From: Fidelibacterota bacterium
GTDB taxonomy: Bacteria > Fidelibacterota > UBA8477 > JABMPR01
Assembly: GCA_016844955.1 (NCBI GenBank)
Contig: JAERTH010000031.1
Span: 16,087-80,086, forward strand
DNA: 64,000 bases
Direction: 5' to 3'
Made by a program: the position numbers and the translations under genes. Positions 39,216 to 49,399 of this stretch are shown here, in pieces. The first letter of the stretch is position 1; every line of letters begins with the position of its first letter. Under the pieces are notes generated by a model. It saw only the letters and a program-made list of their open reading frames with translations, made no database searches and was not told the DNA's origin.

Positions 39216-42200
39216 TCAGTACAGGAATTTCATAATGAACATGGCGCCAATTCCGGCTAGCGTTATCAGAAACGCACCCATCTTGCGAATGGGCGTTTTG
39301 GGATCCTGGAAGACATTCACTTCAAACTCATGAAAGCTTGAGGAACCCCGGGAATCAGTGAGTTCAATAATAAATTTATTAGCACCGTCATTTGAAGCAT
39401 CTGGGATCCAGGTAATGAGACCTTCTTCTTCAATCATATTTGCTCCGTTGGGGAGCAGGATTTTTGAGTAACTGATCTTATCCTCGTTCAGGTCACGTGA
39501 GGACATTTGATAACGATACTCCCGATCCATGAGAACAACGGCAGATGGCGTTGATGTGACTTCCGGCAAGGCATTCACAAACAAATCCACTTTTTGCACA
39601 TTGGTTATAAAGCCGTCATTTACGCTGACCTTGAACTGGGCTTGATTGATCTGGTCGATTTCGGGTGTCCAGCGCAGGATGGAACCCTCAGTAAGTTTTA
39701 CGCCTGCGGGTGCGTCAAACACTTTGTATACGAGCTCCTGATCCGTATTCAAATCAAGGGCTTTGATTTCGTAGACATATTCCTGACCGGCAATTGCCAT
39801 GGTATCCGCTGTGGACACAATAGCAGGAGGTGCATTGGCATAAATGGCAAATTTAAAGGTGTCTGAGCTGTACTTGTCTGACACTTTCACAAAAACTTCA
39901 TTCCAACCTTTTTGGGCTTTGGTTGGGGTCCAGGCAACCTGTCCATTTGCAGAGATTTTCATCCCCTTTGGGGCTGTCAAAAATGCATAGTTAAGCTTTT
40001 GCTCTTTGTTCAGGTCCGTGACGGGAATGGTAGTTGTATACGGACGGGCCACTGTTGCCAGCGTATCAATACTCTTTCCCAGAACAGGTGGACTATTTAC
40101 ATAGACCGTGACCTTCTGAAGATCATCTCTCAGGCCATCAGATACAGAAATGGTGAAGGTTTGTCTGCCCAGTTCGGCCTCCGTTGAGGTCCAGGTGATA
40201 TGCCCTCTGCGACTGATAGTCAGGTTGGGTATGCTGCTTTCGGACAGAAGAAAACTTATATCCTGATTGTTGTTGGGATCATTGACTTCCACATTGTAAT
40301 GCCAGGGTTTGCCCACATGTACATGTTCTTCATATTTCGAAATAATCACGGGGGAAGTATTGGCGAACAGGGTTAAGGAATCCAGCGTCGTGGACATGTC
40401 ATCTGTGAGTTCAAACAGGATATCATGAAACCCGGTTTGTTGTGGACCGGGAACCCAGGTGATTCGTCCTGAGGATTCCATGACAAGATTTTTTGGTGTA
40501 CGCAAAGGAATCAGACGTGCCGTATTATTTTTGTTCTTATCTTGAATGTTTACCTGGCCGATATAGGGTTCATTGATAAAGGCCACTGGTCCTGGTTTCT
40601 CAATGATCAGCGGTAAAATGTTAACATACAGTGTGAATTTCTGTAGTGCGCGCTCAAAGCCATCACTGACACTCAGCGTCACATACTGTGAGTCGAGTTG
40701 TGTGTCGCTGGGGAGCCAACGAACCAAGCCTTCTTCATCAACCTGCATTCCAGCCGGGGAGGCGATTAGTTCATATTCAAAATATTGTTCATCATTTAAA
40801 TCTTCGAGTTGAACCTGGTAGAGATATTGTTGTCCAGTTTCAGCCAGGGGGCTTGGATTTGAAAAAATCTCAGGGATATGATTTACATACAGACTGAAAG
40901 TAGTATCCAACTGTTGTCCAAATGAATATGAAATCTGGTGATAACCCAGTTGGTCTGAACCGGGTGTCCATCTCAGTATAAAATCTTTTCCAAGACGCAT
41001 TCCCTCAGGATAAGTCTTGAATTTGACGTAGGCCTGACCCGGATCAATTTCATCCTGTCGTGGGATACTATGCACAAAACTTTCTCCAGCATGGAGGATG
41101 ACATCTGGTGTTTTGGGCTTTCTTCTAATTTCCGGGAGGGCAGCTATATCTTCCACAGGCTCAGCAGTCAGCTTCTCCAGCAGCGGCGGATGCTTGTCCA
41201 TATCTTCCATCAAATCTTCAGAGGGCTGATCATCTTCCTCAACCTCAGGTGCTTCAGCTACGGGTTCCGGGTCGCCCAGGCCAACAGCAAAAAATTGTGT
41301 CTTCCCCTGTTTCTCAAGCAGAAGCCCATCGTGAAAAGCAAGGGCGCCTGAAGCAAACAAATCCTCGTCAACCAGTGCTCTGAATTGATCAAAACCACTT
41401 CCCGCAGCTGATTGCTCCAGATAGTGGACCCGGTTACCGGTGCGGATAAGGGCCTCGGTCAGACCATCTCCATCCAGGTCGGAGAATGTGAGTTGATGTA
41501 CAGGATCTGAAAAAGACTTCCAGATTGAGCTGCCAACGCTGGCATCGTATTGGTATAGGTTGCCCTTAGAGCTACCCAGAAAGATTTTCTCTTTTGATGA
41601 TCCATCAAGAGCAGCGACGGCGATTCCCAGGGATTTGATTACTTCAGCGCCACCATTCTTGAGTTTCAGGGATGAAAGAGAGCGGGTTGTATATTTGTCT
41701 TCACTTCGCGAAGTAATTACCGCAGAATTAAACTTTGATCCTCTTTTTTGAAAAAGAACGATTTCCTCTTTCCCGTCATTTTCAACATCATTCAACTGAA
41801 GTAGAATTGACGCTGGAGTCTTGGACATATCCACAGGGAGCCCGGCATATTCAATCTCAATGTTTGAAGCAGTCAAATCACCTTTGAATTCAACTATCAG
41901 CAGGTTGGGCTGAGGTGCGCTGAGAGAGATTATCAGCTCGCTGAGACCATCAGCATCAACGTCTCCCGCTTCAATTTGTACGGGACGGGCGTAAAGACCG
42001 TTATCTGGTGTCCACCCCCACTGAAAGCTGGGGATAAAATCAAATTCAGAGCCAGACCACTCAAACCCGTAGACCCACGGGGCACTGTTGCCTGAGGATG
42101 CTGAGATCAATTTACTGATAGCGACCAACTCAGGTCGACCGTTCAAATTCAGGTCAGTCAGTGTGAAATCAGCCCATTCACCAACCAGGTTTTCAGGCAG

Positions 42201-42446
42201 GGCAAAGCGCCAGGTAATCTCAAAATTACCATCCGGTGAGACTTCAAATGTGATTAACTCAGACCGGTTACCGGCCACTTTCCGAATTGCACCAAAATCA
42301 TTGTTTCCATTGTGATCCAAATCCCCCAGGTTCATTAAATGACCAATGTCACGGAGACCATCGGTTGCCCAGAGACTGCTGGCCGTAAGTATGACCATCA
42401 AGATACGACGTACTATAACATGGCTAAAAAAATGTCTGCTCATCAT
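39216..42446 (-). CDS. large cell-surface adhesin-like protein with N-terminal FG-GAP/VCBS-type repeats, about 8 tandem Ig-like (cadherin/He_PIG-type) domains and a C-terminal TM anchor
   Basis: Signal peptide. DxDxDG-type FG-GAP motifs (DLDHNGNNDF, DVDADGLSE, DLDGDGLTE). Repeated units of about 90 aa of the form ...QxYxYxVxAxDLNxDxxLxY...PAGMxxDExGxxxWTP. Terminal LITLAGIGAMFIMKFLY. Confidence 0.7.
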   Translation of the reverse strand: MMSRHFFSHVIVRRILMVILTASSLWATDGLRDIGHLMNLGDLDHNGNNDFGAIRKVAGNRSELITFEVSPDGNFEITWRFALPENLVGEWADFTLTDLNLNGRPELVAISKLISASSGNSAPWVYGFEWSGSEFDFIPSFQWGWTPDNGLYARPVQIEAGDVDADGLSELIISLSAPQPNLLIVEFKGDLTASNIEIEYAGLPVDMSKTPASILLQLNDVENDGKEEIVLFQKRGSKFNSAVITSRSEDKYTTRSLSSLKLKNGGAEVIKSLGIAVAALDGSSKEKIFLGSSKGNLYQYDASVGSSIWKSFSDPVHQLTFSDLDGDGLTEALIRTGNRVHYLEQSAAGSGFDQFRALVDEDLFASGALAFHDGLLLEKQGKTQFFAVGLGDPEPVAEAPEVEEDDQPSEDLMEDMDKHPPLLEKLTAEPVEDIAALPEIRRKPKTPDVILHAGESFVHSIPRQDEIDPGQAYVKFKTYPEGMRLGKDFILRWTPGSDQLGYHQISYSFGQQLDTTFSLYVNHIPEIFSNPSPLAETGQQYLYQVQLEDLNDEQYFEYELIASPAGMQVDEEGLVRWLPSDTQLDSQYVTLSVSDGFERALQKFTLYVNILPLIIEKPGPVAFINEPYIGQVNIQDKNKNNTARLIPLRTPKNLVMESSGRITWVPGPQQTGFHDILFELTDDMSTTLDSLTLFANTSPVIISKYEEHVHVGKPWHYNVEVNDPNNNQDISFLLSESSIPNLTISRRGHITWTSTEAELGRQTFTISVSDGLRDDLQKVTVYVNSPPVLGKSIDTLATVARPYTTTIPVTDLNKEQKLNYAFLTAPKGMKISANGQVAWTPTKAQKGWNEVFVKVSDKYSSDTFKFAIYANAPPAIVSTADTMAIAGQEYVYEIKALDLNTDQELVYKVFDAPAGVKLTEGSILRWTPEIDQINQAQFKVSVNDGFITNVQKVDLFVNALPEVTSTPSAVVLMDREYRYQMSSRDLNEDKISYSKILLPNGANMIEEEGLITWIPDASNDGANKFIIELTDSRGSSSFHEFEVNVFQDPKTPIRKMGAFLITLAGIGAMFIMKFLY

Positions 42447-42720
42447 GGGAACCCATTTCTTTACGATTAAAACTATTTGAATCCTACTCCAAACTTTTAA
42501 TCAATTTATGGGGCTAAGCTACTGTATGCAATATAAATTTAAGCTGACACTTAAAGTAAATTCTTAAAAGACTTGTGTAAAAAAATGAGAGATGGTATAT
42601 TGTGTCAACTGCTTGATTATTGTCGAGAAGAAGTGCAAGTTGTTTGACGATACCAGGGGTGTTATTCCCTAGAAGTGATCGTTTGCATTCTGCTGGTTGA
42701 ACCAGGGAGGTACAGAGAAA

Positions 42721-43485
42721 ATGAAATCATGGCTGAAACTTATAATTTCTACGATGCTAATTACAGGTTCACTCCTGGCACAATTTGCCGAGGGACAACC
42801 CGTATTAAAGGGTGCTATTGGACCCGCATTCTCATATATGGTTGCTTTCCAGTTGGATGAGACCGCATTTGGAGCTCTGGGTACCTTCCAGCAAGATTTT
42901 GATCTTTCAGATGCAGGAACTTCGGTGATTAATAATGATGGAATGGTTGTCACTGGCTTTGAAGGCTTTGGTGAAATTACACCACATTGGACCATCGGTA
43001 TGTATGCCGGGCAGGGTGAATATCTGGCATACGCCCAGGATAATCTGGCTCCTAATACAGATTACACAGTGAATTTTGTTTTAAGTAGTGTGGGTGTAAC
43101 GGCCGAGTTTAATACCCATTCTAGATCCAGGCTCAAGTTGTTAGCAGGTTCAATGTTTGGAATCGGACAGGCCTCCTTATCAGCCAGCTCTTCACCCGCC
43201 AACGAAAGTTGGACTGAAATTGTCTCTGGTAAAGAATCAGATGGTGTAACCGACTATGAAAGAAAAGCATTTGAGCTATCGTCCTGGACACCGGTTATAC
43301 AGCCATATATGGGGTTACGCTACGACATTTCCCGCTCCATGGGCTTCAAGACCATTGCCGGGTGGAATGAACAGGTTGCCTCAGCAGGCAGCTGGAAATT
43401 ATACCACAATAAAGTGATTAGTGATTCACCTGAAGTGCCTCTACGGGCATTGTTTTTCCGTTTTCAGCTCTATGTGATCCTTTAA
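42721..43485 (+). CDS. hypothetical secreted protein
   Basis: Start at MKSWLKLIISTMLITGSLLA (signal). No recognisable motif. Confidence 0.4.
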   Translation: MKSWLKLIISTMLITGSLLAQFAEGQPVLKGAIGPAFSYMVAFQLDETAFGALGTFQQDFDLSDAGTSVINNDGMVVTGFEGFGEITPHWTIGMYAGQGEYLAYAQDNLAPNTDYTVNFVLSSVGVTAEFNTHSRSRLKLLAGSMFGIGQASLSASSSPANESWTEIVSGKESDGVTDYERKAFELSSWTPVIQPYMGLRYDISRSMGFKTIAGWNEQVASAGSWKLYHNKVISDSPEVPLRALFFRFQLYVIL

Positions 43486-43675
43486 ACGGTATATGAGGAC
43501 GTTTAGCCGCTCCTTGATCATTATTGAAGAATCACTCCCGCAAAGCGACATCAATTTGTTTATAATTATCTTGTAACACCCAAATGGGTGCTTTCATCAA
43601 ATCAATACGGTCATTATTTTAGAAGCCGTTATTTAAATTGGAACCTTATAAGGATACCAGGATTAATAAAGAGTT

Positions 43676-45271
43676 ATGAAAACCTTAAAATATATATCAG
43701 TCGTCACCCTTGTTCTGTTAGGAATTTTTGCACTGAGCCCTTCTGGCCAGGCTCTTTTTGCACAGGGGAGTGATTTTTACGATAAATGGCGAGATTTTCA
43801 GGACATGGTCAAAATCATCAACACCAACTATGTTGAGGATGTTGATTGGGATAAAACCATGATCGGCGCTCAAAACGGGCTAATGGAGGCCCTGGACCCC
43901 CATTCTGTTTATATCGGCGCTGAACGGATGGATCAGATCAATGAAAGTTTCCGGGGCAATTTTGAAGGCATCGGAATTGAATTTGATATTATTGACGATT
44001 ATATCACGGTTATCACACCAATTGTTGGTTCCCCCTCAGATGGTTTGCTAGCTCCCGGTGATCAGATTATTAAAATCGATGATGCTTCAGCTTTCAAAAT
44101 TACCAGGGATGGTGTTTTCGATAAATTGCGGGGACCCAAGGGCTCGCGTGTGGATCTTGAGATTGCCAGACTTGGTGAGACCGAGCTAATACCAGTTACT
44201 ATTTTCAGAGACAAAATTCCTATCTATAGCGTTTTAGCAAAATTTGTCATGGATGACGGCACGGGATACATCCTGCTGAACCGTTTTGCGGCTACGACTT
44301 CCAATGAAGTCATCGCGGCTATTGGCGAATTGCAGGCTCAAGGCATGGAACGACTCATTATTGATTTACGGAATAACAGTGGCGGATATATGGACGAGGT
44401 TGTAAAAATCGTTGACCACATCCTGCCTGGGGGCGAAAAAATTCTTTCCACAAAAGGCCGGCTCAAAAATGCCAATGAGGAAATGTACTCCAAGCATAAG
44501 GCCACCTTCTATAAGCAACCTGTGATTGCGATTATCAATAAGGGTTCTGCCTCGGCCAGCGAGATTTTAGCGGGTGCCTTACAGGACCTCGATCGAGGAG
44601 TGGTTGTAGGCGAAACCAGCTTTGGCAAGGGCCTGGTACAGCGCCAATACCCCTTGAGGGATGGATCTGCAGTTCGAGTAACTGTAGCTCGCTATTACAC
44701 ACCAAGTGGCCGTTTGATTCAGCGCGAATATGAGAATGGTGAGAGCCAGGACTATTATGCTGAGTTATATGACAAAGATTATGGCAAGGATACGACGAAA
44801 CTTGAGGACAGGCCAACCTATAAAACCAAGATGGGTAGAACTGTGTATGGCGGTGGCGGTATCAGTCCTGATTATGAGCTTGAGGACCCAGCCACCATTT
44901 CTAAAGATTTAGCCAAAGTTAGGCGCAATGATATTCGATTCTTCTTCAAAATTGCTTCAGATTATGCGGCAAAACATCCTGAACTGGCACAGGATTGGCC
45001 TGCCTTCATGGAGAGTTTTGAAGTAGAAGATGCCTTGATGAATGAGGTCTACGAAAAAATATTTGCTCTTGAGGATCTCGAATTGGATGAAGAAACCATC
45101 CGTGGGGATGAAAGAACGATTCGGTATTACATAAAGAGCGAACTGGCAGGAAAACTCTGGGGAAGAAACGAGCAGTATCAGGTTCGTACGCTAATGGATA
45201 ATCAAATCCAGGAAGCGCGTAAATACTTTGAAAAAGCACGTGAAATTGCAGAGGCTGCAGATTATTTGTAA
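43676..45271 (+). CDS. C-terminal processing (tail-specific) peptidase, S41 family
   Basis: PDZ region and catalytic block GSASASEILAGALQDLDRGVVVGETSFGKGLVQ (Ser/Lys dyad). Confidence 0.85.
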   Translation: MKTLKYISVVTLVLLGIFALSPSGQALFAQGSDFYDKWRDFQDMVKIINTNYVEDVDWDKTMIGAQNGLMEALDPHSVYIGAERMDQINESFRGNFEGIGIEFDIIDDYITVITPIVGSPSDGLLAPGDQIIKIDDASAFKITRDGVFDKLRGPKGSRVDLEIARLGETELIPVTIFRDKIPIYSVLAKFVMDDGTGYILLNRFAATTSNEVIAAIGELQAQGMERLIIDLRNNSGGYMDEVVKIVDHILPGGEKILSTKGRLKNANEEMYSKHKATFYKQPVIAIINKGSASASEILAGALQDLDRGVVVGETSFGKGLVQRQYPLRDGSAVRVTVARYYTPSGRLIQREYENGESQDYYAELYDKDYGKDTTKLEDRPTYKTKMGRTVYGGGGISPDYELEDPATISKDLAKVRRNDIRFFFKIASDYAAKHPELAQDWPAFMESFEVEDALMNEVYEKIFALEDLELDEETIRGDERTIRYYIKSELAGKLWGRNEQYQVRTLMDNQIQEARKYFEKAREIAEAADYL

Positions 45272-45402
45272 AAGGGGTCCGGATTGCCTAGAAACTCGGG
45301 GACTGGACTGGAATTTGATTGACTTTCGAGACGTATCCAACTATGATTGTGCGCTTGGTCAAATCAAGTTGAAATTTATATAGGATTAGGAGGTAATTCC
45401 GG

Positions 45403-46014
45403 ATGGTTCAGTGGTTTTATAACGGTGGTCCCTTTATGTGGCCAATTCTTGGGGTCTTTATTTTTGGGCTGGTTTTTGTTGTTGAGCGTTTCTTGAGTTT
45501 GATGAAAACTACAATGCAGACAAAATCTTTTTTAAAGCAAATTGATGTTACTCTGAAAGAACAGGGTGTTGAGGCGGCAATGGAAGTTTGTCGCAGTACA
45601 CCTGGATCAGTACCTCAAATTTATCTGGCTGGTCTCTCTAGAGCCGATCGTGGCACGGTAGCTGTTGAAAAAGCTATTGAGAGTGCTGGATCAATTGAGA
45701 TGTCATTTCTCGAGAATAACATGATTTGGTTATCAACCGTTGTTTCTTTAGCCCCAATGCTCGGATTTACCGGAACTGTATTCGGTATGGTTCAGGCTTT
45801 CGATTCAATCGCGGCTGCCAATGATATCCAACCTGCCCTTGTTGCAGTTGGTATCTCAATGGCCTTGTTAACAACCCTCTTTGGTCTGGTTGTAGCTATG
45901 ATTATTCAGTTTGCTCAGAATGTTTTCACATTCATGATTGACAAATTGATCATCAAAATGGAAGAATCTTCATTAGATCTTATCGACACCATCGAGACTC
46001 TGGAGAAGAAATAA
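45403..46014 (+). CDS. exbB: MotA/TolQ/ExbB proton-channel protein
   Basis: Three TMS with a conserved C-terminal TM pair. First gene of an exbB-exbD-exbD-tonB cluster. Confidence 0.85.
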   Translation: MVQWFYNGGPFMWPILGVFIFGLVFVVERFLSLMKTTMQTKSFLKQIDVTLKEQGVEAAMEVCRSTPGSVPQIYLAGLSRADRGTVAVEKAIESAGSIEMSFLENNMIWLSTVVSLAPMLGFTGTVFGMVQAFDSIAAANDIQPALVAVGISMALLTTLFGLVVAMIIQFAQNVFTFMIDKLIIKMEESSLDLIDTIETLEKK

Positions 46015-46043
46015 AAACACCATAACCGGGGTTAGTTGATACT

Positions 46044-46463
46044 ATGTTGGTAAAGAAAAAAAGAAATAAAAGCGGTGGTGAGATACCCACAGCATCCCTC
46101 CCGGATATTGTGTTCATGTTACTGCTCTTTTTCCTGGTTACGACCACCATTGATATGGATAAAGGTCTGGGAATGGTTTTGCCAGAAAAAGGGGATTCTC
46201 AAGTCGAAGTCCACAAGAAGAATATCACTAATATTTTGATAAATGCTTCAGGGAAAATCGCCTTGAGTCATGAGGGTGAAATTCGTTTGATTGATGTTCG
46301 TGAGCTAAAGCAGATCGCCAAGCAACTTCTGGCAACCAATGACAAAATGATCTTTTCTGTCAAAACGGCGTCTCAGACAAAGTACAAAGATTATGTTGAC
46401 GTAATTGACCAGCTAAAGCAGGCCAACGCGACTCGAATTTCCATTGCTGACCCGGAGAGTTAG
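46044..46463 (+). CDS. exbD: ExbD/TolR biopolymer transport protein
   Basis: N-terminal motif SLPDIVFMLLLFFLVTTT. Confidence 0.8.
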   Translation: MLVKKKRNKSGGEIPTASLPDIVFMLLLFFLVTTTIDMDKGLGMVLPEKGDSQVEVHKKNITNILINASGKIALSHEGEIRLIDVRELKQIAKQLLATNDKMIFSVKTASQTKYKDYVDVIDQLKQANATRISIADPES

Positions 46464-46466
46464 ATC

Positions 46467-46874
46467 ATGCGCTTAAAACGAAAAATGAAAGTTGAAGCCG
46501 GGATTCCTACATCCTCGCTTCCTGATATTATCTTCATGTTGCTGATCTTTTTCATGGTTGTGACCGTTCTGCGTGAATTTCAGGGCTTAAAGCTCATCCT
46601 TCCCGAGGCTAAAAAAATTGCCAAGCTCGAAGGTAATAAGCACGTTTCACATATCTGGGCTACCGCAGAGGGATCAATTTCCATTGATGATCAAATTGTA
46701 GATATCGGGAAAATTCGGACAATTATGTATGACAAGGTTGTTGCTGATCCACAGTTGACCGTTTCACTGAAAGCTGATCGTCAAACGGAGATGGAAATTA
46801 TCACCGAAATTCACCAGGAGCTTCGAGAAGGCTCAGCTTTGAAGCTTAACTATTCAGCCAAACCGAGGGAGTAG
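46467..46874 (+). CDS. exbD: ExbD/TolR biopolymer transport protein (second copy)
   Basis: SLPDIIFMLLIFFMVVT. Paralogue of the preceding gene. Confidence 0.8.
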   Translation: MRLKRKMKVEAGIPTSSLPDIIFMLLIFFMVVTVLREFQGLKLILPEAKKIAKLEGNKHVSHIWATAEGSISIDDQIVDIGKIRTIMYDKVVADPQLTVSLKADRQTEMEIITEIHQELREGSALKLNYSAKPRE

Positions 46875-46878
46875 AGAT

Positions 46879-47526
46879 ATGATTGAAAAACAACATTCTC
46901 ATATCTCGGTTAAGTTGCAGCATCGTAGGTACCTTGAAATTGGTGCCATGGTCGTGCTCCTGGTATTTACTTTGGTTTTGAAGGCTATACCAAAATTTGT
47001 TACTGAAGAGTTACCGCCACAGGCATATGTAGCACCTATTGAGAATATTGAGATTCCACCAGAAACTCAACAATTTGACAAACCACCACCACCCGCCCGT
47101 CCATCTATTCCTATTGAATCAGAAGATGAGGAAATCGATGAAGATTTCACCATTGAAGAGACAGACCTGGAAGATTTTGAGATTTTGGATGAGCCGCCAC
47201 CACCACCTGAAAGCAACGTGATTTTCATCGCTTATGATGAACCACCAGAGCCCATGGGTGGCTATGGAGCAATTCAGCAGGCTGTTGTCTATCCTGAAAT
47301 TGCTCGTGAAGCTGGTATCGAGGGTACGGTAATTGTCCAGGCAACAATAGGTAAAGATGGCCGAGTTAAGGAAACCATCATTTTGAAGGGTATCCCCAAA
47401 ACAGGTCTGGATGAAGCTGCCATGGATGCTATCAAAACCATCAAATGGAAACCAGCTTACCAGCGTGATAAACCAGTGACTGTTAGAATATCAGTTCCTG
47501 TGGTATTCCGTTTAAAGAACGGTTAA
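46879..47526 (+). CDS. tonB: TonB-family energy transducer
   Basis: N-terminal TM helix, Pro-rich spacer (PPPPARPSIP, EPPPPPE) and a TonB-C domain (YPEIAREAGIEGTV...KPVTVRISVPVVFRL). Confidence 0.75.
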   Translation: MIEKQHSHISVKLQHRRYLEIGAMVVLLVFTLVLKAIPKFVTEELPPQAYVAPIENIEIPPETQQFDKPPPPARPSIPIESEDEEIDEDFTIEETDLEDFEILDEPPPPPESNVIFIAYDEPPEPMGGYGAIQQAVVYPEIAREAGIEGTVIVQATIGKDGRVKETIILKGIPKTGLDEAAMDAIKTIKWKPAYQRDKPVTVRISVPVVFRLKNG

Positions 47527-47552
47527 TACCAACCATCCCATTTACACCTCAA

Positions 47553-47581
47553 AGGCCGGATTTTCATCCGGCCTTTTTTTA
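47553..47581 (+). terminator. rho-independent terminator (aggccgga-ttttc-atccggcct + ttttttt)
   Basis: Stem followed by a T7 tract directly after tonB. Confidence 0.7.
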
Positions 47582-47910
47582 CTTAAGAAGAGAGCCATGC
47601 TCTCTTCTTAAGTAACCCTGGCGTAGCTTGGAAAGCGAAGCCGGGTTAAACATCTCAGTTCAACCACATCTCCAGTAGAAATATTTAAATTAAAAATCTT
47701 CCAGTATGGATACATGGACGCATTCAATACCCCCTTAACAGCGTATAAAATGTCACAAAAAGCCCCTTGATCTTTGATAGTTCAAGTGATTACATTACTC
47801 ATGGGTCGAAAATTCGACTCGTGGTTCGATTTAATTGACATTGAATTTTTATCCAGGGCAAAAGGAGGACCTACAGGAAAAAAACTAATTCTAACATCTG
47901 GAGGTGAGTT

Positions 47911-48546
47911 ATGATTACACAGTATCCATGGGTATCAGTCAAGAATCATGAAAGAAAATTTATTGAAATCGGATTTATGATCACCTTGTTGGTAGCAATA
48001 ATATCATTCTATGCAGTTCCACAGTTTGGTCAAGCACCAATTTATAAGGAAGTGTATGTACCCCCGCCTTTGGAAGTGTATTCCATTCCCGCTACTGTTC
48101 AACCACCGGAAAAGATCATGCCCATGCTGCCAAGGGTTCTTGTCGAATCAGAAGACGATGAATTACTTGATGACATATCACCTGCGATTGATGTGGTAAT
48201 GAAGGGGATCGTCTCATTGGTTCCTCCGGCACCTCCTGAGCCACTTGATACTTACTTAGAACCGTGGATGGTGAGTGATAAGCCGATAATGATTGGCAGC
48301 ATGGTGGTGAATTATCCAGAAATTGCCAGAGAGGCAGGTATTGAGGGTAAGGTCACTATTACTGCATTTATTGGCAAGGATGGACAGGTCGAGAAAGCTA
48401 TAATTTTAAAAGGTCTCCCGAAAACAGGACTTGATGACGCTGCTATGACAGCGGTTCTCCAGAGTAGATTCACACCAGCCATGCAAATGGGGAAACCGGT
48501 ACCAGTAAAAATGAATATCCCCATTATATTTAGACTGAAAATGTGA
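47911..48546 (+). CDS. TonB-family protein (second copy)
   Basis: TM helix and a Pro-containing linker. The TonB-C domain (YPEIAREAGIEGKVTITAF...KPVPVKMNIPIIFRL) is nearly identical in pattern to the previous gene. Confidence 0.7.
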   Translation: MITQYPWVSVKNHERKFIEIGFMITLLVAIISFYAVPQFGQAPIYKEVYVPPPLEVYSIPATVQPPEKIMPMLPRVLVESEDDELLDDISPAIDVVMKGIVSLVPPAPPEPLDTYLEPWMVSDKPIMIGSMVVNYPEIAREAGIEGKVTITAFIGKDGQVEKAIILKGLPKTGLDDAAMTAVLQSRFTPAMQMGKPVPVKMNIPIIFRLKM

Positions 48547-48555
48547 TCACCAAAA

Positions 48556-48592
48556 ACACCAGAGCCGAAAGATCTCGGCTCTGGTGTTTCTT
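48556..48592. terminator. bidirectional terminator hairpin (acaccagagccga-aagatc-tcggctctggtgt)
   Basis: 13-bp stem with T-rich sequence after the hairpin on both strands. Located between convergent genes. Confidence 0.6.
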
Positions 48593-48610
48593 AGCAATTC
48601 AATAGGTTGA

Positions 48611-49312
48611 TTACTTCTCTAGCGAATAATCTTGAGCATTATATAAGTTCCCACTTCCGGCTTCCCGTTTCAATAAAACAGGAACAAGTGCTCCCGGAAG
48701 AACTGAGTCGGGATGATTTGGAGCCTGCTGGCCTCCCATATCAGTTTGAAGCCAGCCTGGATCCATAAGATTCATTAACACATTTGTACCTGAAAGTGTT
48801 GGAACCATATCTCGGACATATCTATCAAGGGCAGCTTTAGAGCAACTGTACGGCATAAGCTGGGGCTCGTCAGCTATTCCAGAGGTGACATTAACGATTC
48901 GCCCCCATCGATTTTCCAGCATGTCTGGCAAAAAGGCATCAGCCAGTTTGGCTGGAACGATTGTATTGACCAGAAAACTCAGGCTGTATTCATCTGCGGT
49001 GGGCTTGAAAAGCGGCTGGTATTTGGTCATTATGGCAGCATTGTTATAAAGTATATCAAGGTGGTTGTTGGTCAACCCATGTACCTATTCGATCAAGGTC
49101 TCTACGGCAGAAATTGAGCTTAGCTCCGCAGCCACTGAATGTGCTTCGGCACCAGCGGCTTGCAGTCTTTCCTGCAAGTCACTGGTTCCCTTGAGGCTTC
49201 TTGAATGAAGGATTAGCTTGCATCCCTGTTTGGCGAGAGCCAGAGCAACACGCTTACCAACACCACGACTGGCTCCTGTTATCAGCGCCCAACGATTGTT
49301 TATATTCATCAA
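48611..49312 (-). pseudogene. short-chain dehydrogenase/reductase (SDR) interrupted by a single in-frame TAG
   Basis: The N-terminal ORF (TGASRGVGKRVALALA, Rossmann) and the C-terminal ORF (LDILYNNAAI ... YSCSKAAL = YxxxK) lie in the same frame. They are separated only by cta (=TAG) at 49085-49087: ...ETLIE*VHGLTNNHLDILYNNAAIM. Confidence 0.6.
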
Positions 49313-49399
49313 ATTTGATTCCTGGTTGAATTTGGTATCACAAATTAATGGAAGTCCTGGTCATGGATAAGCGGTCATGCTCATAGCTCTTCCGAATGA

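Noticed and set aside
47800-47850. tRNA-like T-arm sequence GTGGTTCGATTT
   Set aside because: No acceptor stem, D-arm or anticodon arm can be built around it. It is probably a chance match within the promoter region of the second tonB.
48611-49312. Two separate small SDR-fragment genes
   Set aside because: Both pieces are in the same frame and separated by a single TAG. Together they form one canonical SDR (Rossmann TGxxxGxG ... NNAG ... YxxxK). One interrupted gene is the simpler explanation.
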